DNA of 63,801 bases, the filler included, from Folioceros fuciformis (lineage: Eukaryota), in NCBI GenBank assembly GCA_049999805.1. It is 7 parts of 7 records of this genome, joined end to end, with 100 filler letters (N's around TTAATTAATTAA, not from the genome) between each part and the next. Parts side by side here need not be neighbours in the genome. Positions count along the whole stretch, not along the records: positions 1 to 22,330 come from JBNGIO010001681.1; 6 more parts are not named here. One strand, written 5' to 3'. Both the position numbers and the translations under genes were made by a program. The number at the start of each line of letters is the position of its first letter. The stretch's first letter is position 1. Positions 1 through 11,248 of this stretch are shown piece by piece. The notes beneath the pieces were generated by a model. The model was not told where the DNA came from, did no database searches, and was given only the letters and a program-made list of their open reading frames with translations.

Positions 1-267
1 TCACCCAATGTGTCAGATACTCGCGCAAGATCATCATTACAACCACGAGGGAAGGGGGGGGGAGGGATTCCACATGCAACAGGGGAACTGCCCCCATTCT
101 CGGAGACTGGATTGAGTCATTTATTAGAATAGAGACGAAGCTTTCAAATGAATGCAATACAAGCTTCTACCACGGACCTCACTGACAAAAGAGGACTACA
201 GTCTCCCTCCACACGGAATCCGATGACTGTTCCAGCTCAACTTCAGCTAGGCTTCAAGCATCGCATC

Positions 268-564
268 TCAGTGATGCCCCTTCACATCAACTCCAGCGCG
301 TTTCAGCCTCTCCAGCTCTTCCTGATGGCGCAGGTGGCGGATTTCAGTGGGCCAGTTGACAGCATAGCTCAGGAGCCCCACACTGAGGAACATGTCGAAG
401 AGGGGCCGGATGCTGCCAGTCTTAATATACTTAGCGTGATAGTTAGTGAGCCAGGAGTTGAACTTCTCCCTCACAAAACCCTGATTCGCAATCTGCTTGG
501 CATAGCCCGGCACCTCCGACACCTTCATCTTGGCCAACTGTTGCAAGCCGCTAGACTGTGCCAT
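268..564 (-). CDS. Mitochondrial ATP synthase subunit f-like small protein (plant At4g30010/Fb15 family), single exon
   Basis: 98-aa ORF with MKVSEVPGY..., YHAKYIKTGSIRPLF, a single hydrophobic segment and EIRHLRHQ, matching the plant subunit-f family pattern as recalled. Confidence 0.8.
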   Translation of the reverse strand: MAQSSGLQQLAKMKVSEVPGYAKQIANQGFVREKFNSWLTNYHAKYIKTGSIRPLFDMFLSVGLLSYAVNWPTEIRHLRHQEELERLKRAGVDVKGHH

Positions 565-1224
565 AGCTCCCTCCGACAGGACGAAGCTCAGCTGCTGCCT
601 CTCTCGGACCTCCTTGCCGATCTGCAGCTCAGAGATAAGGAGCCAGGCGGACTTGCTGAAGCCACTTCGTCATTGCATGCTCGAAACCGTGCGCAGAGCT
701 TCACCAAAACCCCAGCCAAGCTCAGTAGCGAAGGAGCTCACCTCAATCCGAAGGAAAGCTGAAGCCCGCAACCTACAACCAGATATCCTGTTGGTGATGC
801 TCCACTTGGACTGATGGCAGCTTCAAGGCGACGAAACACTCCCATTCACCAAATAGCCGCGTCTATGTTGCCGGCATCTATGTTATTAATACTTCTCAAA
901 GCGAGTCTTTCTTGGTAAAATTCAAGAGTTTTTCTCGTCAAGGAGTTTTCAAGACTCATAGTAATCGGATTTTTCCCTTTCCTTGATGGTAGATTTTTTT
1001 TTCATATTGGTGATATTTTTTTAATATTATTTATCCCTTTCTCTACAAAGGATGTTGGCCAATACAATTAGAACATAAGCCATGAGACTCTTTGTCATTA
1101 TATCACAACATTGTGGAAGCAATAGATAATTATGCAAATATTTGCATATTTGCATTTATGAGCACGTCATCATCAACCCTCTTAGTTGGGCAGCAGAGGT
1201 TGTGCAAGTGCTAAAGTCCATAAG

Positions 1225-1440
1225 TATTCTTGCTCTTGAGACTCAAGAAGCTATGGGCAAGGACTTTTCAAGGTTTATCAAAGAGTGCGCCAAGGTTTAT
1301 TAAAGCAATAGGAATGGTGTTCTCCCTCTTTCTTTTGTGGTGCCCTTCTTTCGACAACGCATATCCATTGCTTTTCAATGAGCATTGACCAATGCAGTTT
1401 TGCTTTCCAATGAGCATTGGCCAATGCAGTTTTTAGAATA
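1225..1440 (+). mobile_element. Relic 3' end of a non-LTR retrotransposon with a restriction-like endonuclease (CRE/R2-like)
   Basis: Manual translation gives LALETQEAMGKDFSRFIKECAKVY*...FFRQRISIAFQ*ALTNAV, resembling the E-T-x-G...RQRxSIAxQR C-terminal motif. It has in-frame stops and a short tandem duplication. Confidence 0.55.
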
Positions 1441-1956
1441 GCAACAAGTGCAGGTCAAGCGGCTTCTTCGGCACCGATGATAGGTAGGCCTTTTGTTATT
1501 CCACATCATGACATTTTAGGAGCAGTAAGTAGTTTTTGAAAACGATATTCGTAAGGAGTACCTTTTTTTGCCCTAATGGGGTTATTCCTCCAAGATGGGA
1601 CTTTCCATCTCTTTTTCAATCAATAGAAATACTGCTTTAATATTTGCATCACGACGTTGAGAAAGGTAGTTAATCATTGATAATTATATTAATATTATGG
1701 GAGTAATAATAATTCTGGAAATGAAATTTGAGAGGGCTGGTCCACTTTTTGGCCTTAAGCTCTCGAGAGTTCTTGCTCCTTGTTTTAGGTAGATGGGATC
1801 TTTATCTCTTTTTCAATGAATTATATGATCTTTTGATACAATTAGACTTTGCTATATGAGACCTCAACATATTCATACTGCTCATAGAGCTTTTGATTGC
1901 AAATGGGTTGTCACTCATTGTACCTAAGACCTAGCTAGTGAATAGGTCATCTTTGA

Positions 1957-2055
1957 GGGTTGTTGCCGTGGGTTGCTTAGGGTTGTTGATGTGGGTCGCT
2001 TAGGGTTGTTGCTATGGGTTGCTTAGGGTTGTTTTGTGGGTCGCCTAGGGTTGTC
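1957..2055. repeat. Tandem repeat, about 23-bp unit, about 4.5 copies
   Basis: GGGTTGTTGCCGTGGGTTGCTTA-like units repeated directly. Confidence 0.8.
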
Positions 2056-2229
2056 ACCTACTTGGGTTGTTCCTCTATCTTTGGAGTAGATGAGACTTTC
2101 AAAAATGCCTTTTGATATTTAGTATATTTTTCTTGTACTTTGCTTTGATATCTTCCCTTGTAGATAGTTACAAAATGAACAACAATATCCTATCCACCTT
2201 CCCTTTACCTTACTTTGATACCATACCAC

Positions 2230-2450
2230 CATACAAGGTTGATCTCTTACTCTCAAGGGACTATTGAGAGTTGATCTCTTAGTCGATAGAAGGGTGATCT
2301 CTTAGGGTGATCTCTTAGTCCATACAAGGGTGATCTCTTATTGAGGGTTGATCTCTTAGTCCATAGAAGGGTGATCTCTTAGTCCATACAAGGGTGATCT
2401 CTTATCCTCAAGGGATGGGTTCATTTATTCTCAAGGGATGGGTTCATCCA
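2230..2450. repeat. Degenerate tandem repeat (GTGATCTCTTAGTCCATACAAGG-like)
   Basis: The TGATCTCTTA core recurs at least 8 times. Confidence 0.75.
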
Positions 2451-2725
2451 TCCAAGGTATTGAATTCAACTATTATTTTTCATAATAAAATCTATGAAAT
2501 ATGACTTATTGTGCTCCCTTACTGCCCAGTATGGACTAGAGGTTGCTAGACTCATGCCAGACGTGATACAATGGGGGTGAATATACATACATACAGAGTT
2601 CTCCCTCAGGTGATCCCAGACTGCATACCACCATTACAATGGCTGGAGTAACATTATAACCTTCAGATTCTTCGGCTGCCGTGGACACGCTATGATAGGC
2701 GTGCACTGACGAGATTAGTTTCAAA

Positions 2726-5252
2726 TTAACGTGAAGTGTAGGGCTGATAACCAATCCTTGATCTAGAGCCACGTTCGAAGTCCCTTGTTGGAGTACCAGC
2801 TCGGTCCGCCGTGTAACGGGCATGGCGAGATCGGTAACTGTCCAACGGGGATGAGGCACCCACTGAAAAGCCAGATGCCGACAGACGTGCAACATGGGAG
2901 TAGTCCCTAGTGGTTGCAGGTGCCAATGAGTGAGGGGTCCGGGAGAAGGTTTCGAAGCTAGGGCGGGTCACATCAGGTGTACGATGTCCAGGAGGAGAAG
3001 TTCCATCTGAATGGAGAGGCAGAGGTGCTGACACAGACCTTTGATTACCTGGAATGAGGAGAGCGGAGGGAGCTTTCCACAGCCGATGGTTGGCTTGCCT
3101 TGGAACAGGTGCGTTCACCCCTGGGTATTCCACAACCATCCTCTTCGTGACTGACCATCTGTTGTTAGGTGACACATATCTGTGATCTGCATCAAGACCT
3201 GTTGGTATTGAAGGAGGCCGTTCACAGATCTCCCCTTCCTCTGGTGACTCCGCATGTTTGGAAAGGTCACCTTCAATTATCTCAATCCCTGAAGGCTCAT
3301 CTTCATCGTCTAGTTCTGCGAACGAAAGGTGCTCATGTTACGAGGTGACAGAACACAACAAAATACAACACAACACAAACCTTGTGATGGCAATGAGAAG
3401 CTCAGTACCGAGGTATCCGGGAGGGTATCCAATCTCACGCATCCGATTCAGCCAGGGTGGTGGGTCCCATTCCTGTAATTAGAAGGGCCAAATGGATTAG
3501 CCAAGGGTTTACGGTAGGAAGATGTCAGATCGAGCGAAGATGACTAGTGAGGAAGACTTGAAACATACCCCGATGCCTAAACTTTCTCTCGTTTCCTTGC
3601 CCAAGATGCCAGGTTTTAAGCCTTCAAACTTCCAGCCTGCAGCCTCATTAAAGTACCTTACAGTGGTACGGGCGGCTGGAGTAGCAGATCTCTGTTTCCG
3701 GGCATTATTGATCACACCAAAGTCGTGCGGCCTTGGGCAGTCCTTCAATGCGTGGCTGTATGCATTACAGTTGAAACACCGCGGAGGCTCTCTCGCTATG
3801 ACAAGTGCACTGCAAGAAACATTTTTCAACCAAGCAGGGTCACCGGGGTACGACGAGCACACATGAAATCCTCGTCTCATCAGCCAACGTCCGCAAGGAA
3901 CAACCCTAGCCAATTCTGTGGAACCACCATGAGCCACACAAATCACACAAGATGCACCCTAGCGAACCACTCGCAGGTGACTTGGGCTACAGCTGGTGGT
4001 CTACAGGTAAGGCAGGAGAAAGCCTTGCTAAGACATGACAGACGACTAAGTGAAATCATGTACGATCTACTCCCAAAAAGTCTAGACTTATGAAAGGAAG
4101 GAAATGAAATTCACCATTCAGGACGATCAGGTGAATCCTGGGAGGGGACAGGATCACAAACGCGATCGTATAAAGGGATTTCGGCTTCTCTTTCCTTACT
4201 ACTGGTAAGTGCAACCCCTCCAAGAGCTTCTTCTGTACCACGTTTTACCAAGGGCCTGTCAATCCAAACGGGCTGAACCCAGAGAAACCAGAAAGAGATG
4301 CATCAAATATAGTTACGACGAAAGGGGTCTCCACGTCCGGGACGTTCAACGCAGCTCACCACAAGGCATGTTACCAGTGGCCGCCTTTTGTCCCAGACAC
4401 ACTGAAGACCCAATCTGCCCAGCACTTCCTACGAGGCTACAAAATGGACTAGCTGCAGAGTGTCAGCGGCTTATCAGATGACAGAATGCGGCTCTAAACC
4501 AATCAGGTTCTAACCTCCTGATAAACCCTATAACTGGCGGATAGAAACTAACCACAGAAACTCGTGTTGCATCACCGACTCCTAAGGGAGGGTAGTAGAC
4601 CTCTTCGCCATTTTCGTCGCAATCATCCTTTAACATGCGCGGCACATCAAACAATCACAAACATCTTCCCGAAGATACAGGCAGTCCCACCACGAAAATT
4701 CCCAGTAAATCATACCTCCCACGAGACCTCATGACCACTCCATTCAGCCCATTCCTTCAAAACGCTCTGAAGTTTCCTTTTGCTCCCCCTGCTCACAGAA
4801 GAACCAGAGCGTATCAACAGAATATAAACACTTCCTCCATGCTGAACCAACTTCTACTCCTGCAAACTGTCTCAACGGTTGCACACCTCGACAAGTTCCT
4901 GTACACCACCCGAACCGTAGCAGAAGAAGTAGACGACTGCCTGCGACGTTTTCGAGGACCCTCACCTGTACAACATCCAGGAGTTATCTCCAAGACCTCA
5001 CCCTTAGATCGACAAACTGACAGTCATGGTTCCCAGGCTCCAAACAATACCATCATCTGGCTGGTCCCTGGATGCCCACGTCCTTTTACCCTTTCCTCTC
5101 TCACTGTCCTCTAACGGCCTCCCTTCACCGTCAAAACCAATAAACTCCTGCTCATACTCGGGATCCTTCCCCTCTCCACCCGCGTAGCCATATCTTGCGC
5201 TGCTGCTCCGCAGTAAAACGGGCCCGGTGTCCTCCCACTCCATATCCGACAT
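2726..5252 (-). CDS. ZCCHC8: ZCCHC8-like zinc-knuckle/PSP-domain protein (NEXT complex subunit), multi-exon
   Basis: Exons encode CFNCNAYSHALKDC (CCHC), FEGLKPGILGKETRESLGIG, EWDPPPWLNRMREIGYPPGYL (about 3410-3472) and VEYPGVNAPVP. Putative ATG at 5252; internal exon boundaries not all resolved. Confidence 0.88.
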
Positions 5253-5672
5253 CCGCCTCCCGACCGTGACAACAGAAACCGGACAGGACCACCAAAACCT
5301 CGCCGTGACTCCTGATGCTCACAAGCCTGCACAAATCTTTCACCTGACCTCCCTTTCCTGTCGCCCCACGGACCCGCTCAAAGAAGCGACCTTCGATGCG
5401 ACACAGGGGAAGGAACGAAAAAGCACTATGCCGGACGTACAACCCTTAAAGATACGCTACCCTGTCCACACGGACGGTTGCGGTTATGGACGCCATCCTG
5501 AAGCAGCTTAGTTATAGCTCTGATGAGCTCGATCAAACTAAACAATCTTGCTTCTCTGGGAAAGAACGAACATAGCGAGAGCAAATATATCAAGCTCTAT
5601 TTTCACTAAAAAATGAAAAAAAAAGCAAAGAGCCTGGCTGAAGGCTGTAGCGGTGGGGTGAGCTTCTCGGCG

Positions 5673-7138
5673 ATGGCTACGGCGGCCGTGGCCAGAGCGC
5701 CAGGCCCGCTGCTCTCCCGTCTCGGCCTCGGCCTCGAAGCCGGGATGCGAAACCGTGGCTGCGCCTCGATGCTCAGCGCGAGGGCGATGCGGATGAAGTC
5801 GGGCGAGCCTGAAGTTGCTGTTACTGTTGCAGGGAGTGTGGAAATGGAGGTGGAGACGCCGCTCTTCCTCCGGCGGGAGCGGTATCAGGTCCCGCTCCGG
5901 GAGCTGGCGTCTTGGAGGGAGGAGGCGAGGGAGAGGATTGCGGCCCTAGGGAGCTCGCTGGCGGAGGCGGATGGCGGACCAGACGCGGCGGAGTTGCGTG
6001 CGGAGCTGGACTGGCTGCTGGACGATGCCGTGCGGGGAGTGGTGGCAGTTTTTTTTTTTTTTTTGTGTAGCTGGAGGGAGGTGAGGGGAAGGCGTGAGGA
6101 GGAGGGGGTGCGGCTGGTGATGCGGGCCAGCTTGCCGGAGCTGCGGGACGGGTGGAGGCGGCGGGTGGAGGATAGAGTGCCGTTCCAGTACCTGGTGGGA
6201 TGCGCGCATTGGAGGGAGCTGGTGCTGGCGGTGCAGCCGGGAGTTTTGATTCCCAGGCCTGAGACGGAGGTGCTGGTGGAGCTGGCGGGGGCGGGCATGG
6301 ATGCTAGTCCCGGGTTGCGGCATGGGGTGTGGGTGGACCTCGGGACCGGGAGCGGTGCCATCGCTATCGCGCTTCAGCGGCTCCTCCGGCCCCCGGGACG
6401 TGTCATCGCGGTGGACGCCAGCCCTGTGGCGGTTGCCGTGGCCACGGCCAATGCGGCCAGATGCTCGGTTCAAGTGCGTTGAACTACCAGTCCATCCATC
6501 CATCCATCGCCGCTACTGCTGCTGCTGCTGCTGCTGTTGTTGGTCTGGTTTCGCCCGTTTTCGGAGTCCAGGCAAGCACGGATGTGCACATTTTGCTTTG
6601 CAGCAGTAGCAAGGATTTTGCGGACCAGGACCTGACCTGTTCGGTTTTGCTTGTTGGAGGGCGGCAGGGCATGGTCATGGTGGATGTTCAGCACGGGTCC
6701 TGGTTCTCCGCCCCAGGGCCCATGCATAATCTTGCAGGCGTGGTGAGCAATCCTCCTTACATCCCTTCCCCGCACCTGGAAGGTCTGCAAGCCGAAGTGG
6801 GCAAGCATGAGCCTCGGACAGCTCTGGACGGGGGTGAGGATGGGATGCATCATCTGCGGATTATCTGTGATGGAGCAAGTGCGGCCCTTGGACCAGGTGG
6901 CTTCTTGGCACTTGAGGTACGGCGGGTGGGTTTGTTTGCACATCCCGTTCTTTTCCTCTGGTCGAGGAGCGTGGCGTGCTGAATGTCGAGTGTTGTGTTG
7001 TGTGACCAGACCAATGGGGACCAGCAGTCTCAAGAGTTGGCTCAGCTTCTTGCTCATGGGACTTCCGTCTTTCGACAAGTTGAAATAAAGAAGGATTTTG
7101 CGGGGATTGGTCGTTTTGTGACTGCGTTCCATGTCTGA
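5673..7138 (+). CDS. prmC: HemK/PrmC release-factor glutamine methyltransferase, probably plastid-targeted; exons about 5673-6473, 6668-6916, 7010-7138
   Basis: Motifs VPFQYLVG, VLIPRPETE, VDLGTGSGAIA, SNPPYIP, HEPRTALDGG and KDFAGIGRFV. GT-AG introns keep the frame. Confidence 0.92.
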
Positions 7139-8156
7139 AGACCACGAGGTGCTCAGGAACACAGCTGAATTCTCCAGGGGTTTCTTGCTTTCTGATTTCT
7201 TTCATGACAGAAGCGCGTGAAACCGGCCGTAGACCTTCTCAGTGGTGGCTTGACAACCATTCACCTCTCACGAAGCATCGCTTCACGCATGCCATGCCCG
7301 AGGTCAGCTGCGGCTATCATCAGTTGGTTGGATCCAGATGAAGAACATGAGACGCCTGAAGAGAGAGTTCCACATCGAAGCTCCTGGAACGCTGCCCTCA
7401 ACTGCCTCAGTCACGTGTGCCTGAAGGCACAGTTTTCTCGCGGATTCTGCCGTCACTCCCATTTGGTAGCTCCAGTGCTTTCGGGGCAAGCTGCACACTT
7501 TGTATATACCTCCCGGAATTCTCCCGTGCTGCTGCTCCTTTTCTCTTGCCTTGCCTGTTGTTCCTGCAAGGCGTGGAGGTCCCCAGGATGTTTTACCTCA
7601 ACTGTCACTGATGGCCAATGAGAAGCCCTTGGTGTGATCGGACATATTTCCAGCTTCAGCATAGCTTCGTGGGCACTGCCCGCCCCCGCTCTCGCTCTCT
7701 GGAATGCGTCCTGTGAACCCACCCACACCTTGAGCGCTGCACAGAAGCTGCATCCTTGGTGTGATCAGGATCGTGAGCCCGCGACGGAAAGCGCGTGCGT
7801 TGGTATTCCAGATGGCGTCTCCTCGTTTCCAGCGTTGTGATGAGCATGTTCCGCAGGAGCGGCGGCCTGGACGACCTCGCAAAGTTCTTGACGGCATCCA
7901 CATCCCGGAAAGGCGACGACGTGATCCGGAAGACCTGGCTCGCTTTCAGTGCGAGTACTAGCAGGAGGTATGCTAGGCTCAAACAGGAGGGGATGCCGCA
8001 TAACTTCAGTCGGAGCATGCAGGGGACGCAAAATTGCAGATTGTACTGTGCATGTGCTGCACACCGTCGAGACTGTCACAGGTGCTTTTCATGCCAGCAC
8101 CCAATTCCTGCCTCTTGAGATTTTCTCAGAATTGTCGATAAAATTCAACCTTTGAA

Positions 8157-10673
8157 ATGTTCAGGATGCCAGAGGATGCAGCCAAGACACAGGCAGGAAT
8201 ATCTGACCAGGTCCAGCCGATTCAGGCCATAGAGGGCTTGAACCTCCTGGTACAACGAGGGTTTTATGTTCCCATATCCCTCTTCTACAAGGTCCTCAGA
8301 ACTTCGTCGAAGAGGAACATATTGGCCGGACAAGCTCTTAGTGATCTTGTTCTCAGAGCTGGATTCGAGTCGAACAGATTCTTAGCCAACCACTTCATCT
8401 GCATGTACGCTTCTCATGGGAGGTTGCAGGAAGCATGGCAGGTGTTCATAGCAATTCTTGCTCCTGATTCGTACATGTGGTCCTCCATTATCTTGGCTCA
8501 TGCTGACCATAGACAGCCCCAGGAGGCAATTAGGCTGTATTGGAAGATGCGCCAGTCGTCAGTGTTTCCTGACAACCATATATTCGCAGCAGTCCTTAAA
8601 GCATGTGTCAATGGTGCAGATTTAGCATCGGGCAGGCATGTGCATGCTGACGTTTTGAGCAGTGTAGTTGAGCCTGACGTATATGTAGGCAGTTGCCTGG
8701 TGGACATGTATGGAAAGTGTGGGAGGTTGGAGGATGCCCGGAGGGTGTTCGACCATATGACCACAAAAAATCTGGTTACCTGGACTGCCATGATTGCCGG
8801 GTACGCACGGCACGGGCTTGGGCAAGAAGCCCTTGCTGTTTATGCTAGTATGGAGGACGAGGGCTTCACCGTTGCTGACAGCTTTATGTTTGCATCCCTT
8901 TTCCAAGCTTGTGCTAGCATTGGTGATGTACATCAGGGGAAGGAATTTCACTCTGAGATTAAGCGAAGAGGATTGGAGGTGGATGTGGTTGTCGGCAGCT
9001 CCCTGGTGGACATGTATGCGAGATGTGGAGCCTTGGATGATGCCCGTCAGGTGTTTGACAGCCTAGGTACCAGAGACGTGGTCACATGGAATGCCATGAT
9101 TGCAGGATATGCTCAACACGGGCTTGCACAAGAAGCTCTTGCAGTTTATGCCACGATGCAGGAGGAGGGAATCAGTCAAGCTGATGAGGCTACATTTCTG
9201 TGCCTCCTCAAAGCGTGTGGCAGCATTCAAGCGCTACATCAAGGAAAGCAACTTCACTTACAGGTTCAAGAAAGTGGACTGGAGTCTGATGTAGGCATTG
9301 GGAACGGCCTGATTGACATGTATGTCAAATGTGGGAGCGTGGATGATGCACGGGTTGTGTTTGACAATTTAGCTGGGAAAGATGTGTTGACATGGACCGC
9401 CATGCTTGCAGGGTATACTCAGCATGGCCTTGGAGAAGAAGCCCTTGCCCTATATGCTGGCATGGAGCAGCAGAGCCCTGTTGTGGCTGATCAGGCGATA
9501 TTTGTGTGTCTCCTGAAGGCATGTGCTGGCCTTGGAGCGATGCACCACGGTGAGCGACTTCATGTCCAGGTTCAGGAAAACGGACTAGAGGCCGATGTGG
9601 TCGTGGGAAGCTGCTTGGTGGACATGTACACAAAATGTGGAAGCCTAATTGATGCCCGCAGTGTTTTTGACAAGATGGCCACTAAGAATGTGGTCACCTG
9701 GAATGTCATGCTCGGGGGATATGTTGAGGCTGGATTTGGACACGAGGCCCTTGCTCTTTACGCAAGAATGCAGCAGGAGGGCACTACCACACCCACGCAT
9801 GTCACTTTTGCGTGCCTCTTGAGGGCATGTGGCAGTGTTGGAGCTTTTCTTGTGGGGAAGGCTCTTCATTCTCAAATTCGAGAAAGGGGACTGGAAGCTA
9901 ATGCAGTTGTCGGTAGCTCCCTGGTAGACATGTATGCTAAATGTGGAAGCCTAGACGATGCTCAATGTGTATTCGAGAACCTGCCCGTAAAGAACGTGGT
10001 GACATGGAGTGCCATGATCGCAGGGTATGGCCAACATGGGCTTGGCCAAGAAGCTCTGCTGTGCTATGAGGAAATGCTGTTGGCCGGTGTCAAGCCAAAC
10101 GGAGTCACATTCCTCTTGCTTCTCTCTGCATGCAACCATGCCGGCCTAGTCGACAGGGGATCTGAGTACTTCGAATCCATGAGCAGGAAGCATGATATAC
10201 AGCCAGAGATCGAGCACTATGTGAGTATGATAGACATGTTGGGTCGAGCAGGGCGCTTTTGTACACTGGAAAGGTTGCTGTCAACCATGCCCATGGAGCC
10301 TGATCTGGCCTCATGGCTGTGCGTTTTGAGTTCATGCAGGAAGCACGGAAATGTATTGTTGGGAGAGCGAGCTTTTGCTTGTGCACTGCGTTGTGAGCCC
10401 AGCCATTCATCAGCATACGCACTCATGGCACAGATATATGCTAGTGCTGGCCTTGTGGACCAGGCAAAAAAGGTGGGGACCTTGAGAGACGTGAATTGCT
10501 GTAGGAAAGAACGTGCTCAAACTTGGATCGAGCATGAGCTGGGAACAAAAACATTCTGGGTAGGAGATGGTGGACACGGACAGCATGAACAACTCTATGA
10601 CGTGTTGGAAAAGATCACGGAGAGGATGAATTTCAGGACTATGCCCATCGACAGACATGCTTGTCAGAAGTGA
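8157..10673 (+). CDS. PLS-class pentatricopeptide repeat protein with E/E+ extension, no DYW domain
   Basis: Repeated P-L-S triplets (LVDMYAKCG..., DVVTWNAMIAGY, TFxCLLKAC), then HYVSMIDMLGRAG and E motifs. It ends at a degenerate PG box (KERAQTWIE...TFWVGD) with no HxE/CxxC. Confidence 0.95.
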   Translation: MFRMPEDAAKTQAGISDQVQPIQAIEGLNLLVQRGFYVPISLFYKVLRTSSKRNILAGQALSDLVLRAGFESNRFLANHFICMYASHGRLQEAWQVFIAILAPDSYMWSSIILAHADHRQPQEAIRLYWKMRQSSVFPDNHIFAAVLKACVNGADLASGRHVHADVLSSVVEPDVYVGSCLVDMYGKCGRLEDARRVFDHMTTKNLVTWTAMIAGYARHGLGQEALAVYASMEDEGFTVADSFMFASLFQACASIGDVHQGKEFHSEIKRRGLEVDVVVGSSLVDMYARCGALDDARQVFDSLGTRDVVTWNAMIAGYAQHGLAQEALAVYATMQEEGISQADEATFLCLLKACGSIQALHQGKQLHLQVQESGLESDVGIGNGLIDMYVKCGSVDDARVVFDNLAGKDVLTWTAMLAGYTQHGLGEEALALYAGMEQQSPVVADQAIFVCLLKACAGLGAMHHGERLHVQVQENGLEADVVVGSCLVDMYTKCGSLIDARSVFDKMATKNVVTWNVMLGGYVEAGFGHEALALYARMQQEGTTTPTHVTFACLLRACGSVGAFLVGKALHSQIRERGLEANAVVGSSLVDMYAKCGSLDDAQCVFENLPVKNVVTWSAMIAGYGQHGLGQEALLCYEEMLLAGVKPNGVTFLLLLSACNHAGLVDRGSEYFESMSRKHDIQPEIEHYVSMIDMLGRAGRFCTLERLLSTMPMEPDLASWLCVLSSCRKHGNVLLGERAFACALRCEPSHSSAYALMAQIYASAGLVDQAKKVGTLRDVNCCRKERAQTWIEHELGTKTFWVGDGGHGQHEQLYDVLEKITERMNFRTMPIDRHACQK

Positions 10674-11248
10674 AAGTTCATGGGCTGGCCATCTCTCCCT
10701 CCCGAGGACTGTGGCTTCCAAGTCGTACTCCATCCTTTCTTGCAGGCTCTACCTCAGTTCTGAAAATAATACTTTTTTTTGAAAAACAAAACATAAAAAA
10801 TAGATAGCTAAAATGCTTCGAGTACACATAAGAATCCTTGCATCCCAATGCACTAACCAAGAGCATCTAAGGCTGTTTCGGAGAGGCTTAGCACTCACCA
10901 AGTCACGAGGATGCATCATGTAGACCTAAAGAGACGCAGTTGGCGCGTGCTATCGAAAGGTGACGGACCACTATGTTTGTTTCTGTTGAGTGAGGATTAC
11001 ATTTTGGTATGTTATTTACAGGACTGTTTAAGGTTGAGGAAGCTTTCCCCCTACCTGGTCCTTCATATGGCTGCGGCACTGATCCCTGGTTCCTCCTCTA
11101 GCCCTGTGCCAAGTCATTGAAGTCGACGCAACCGCGACGCTGTGCAGACCTACATGCGCATTCCCGTGGCGGATAATCCGTAGTCCTGAGCATTTTGAGC
11201 TGCTATTTATGCGTAGCGTACGGCTAGGGGTGGCTTCTTGGCGTGAAG

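Noticed and set aside
148-762. 204-aa plus-strand ORF
   Set aside because: It is antisense to the ATP synthase subunit f gene and has no recognisable motif.
1957-2055. TTAGGG-containing repeats as an interstitial telomere
   Set aside because: The hexamer is only part of a 23-bp minisatellite unit, not a telomeric array.
6049-6064. T16 run inside HemK exon 1 as a hidden intron
   Set aside because: The frame stays open and I found no frame-preserving donor. It may be a homopolymer or assembly artefact.
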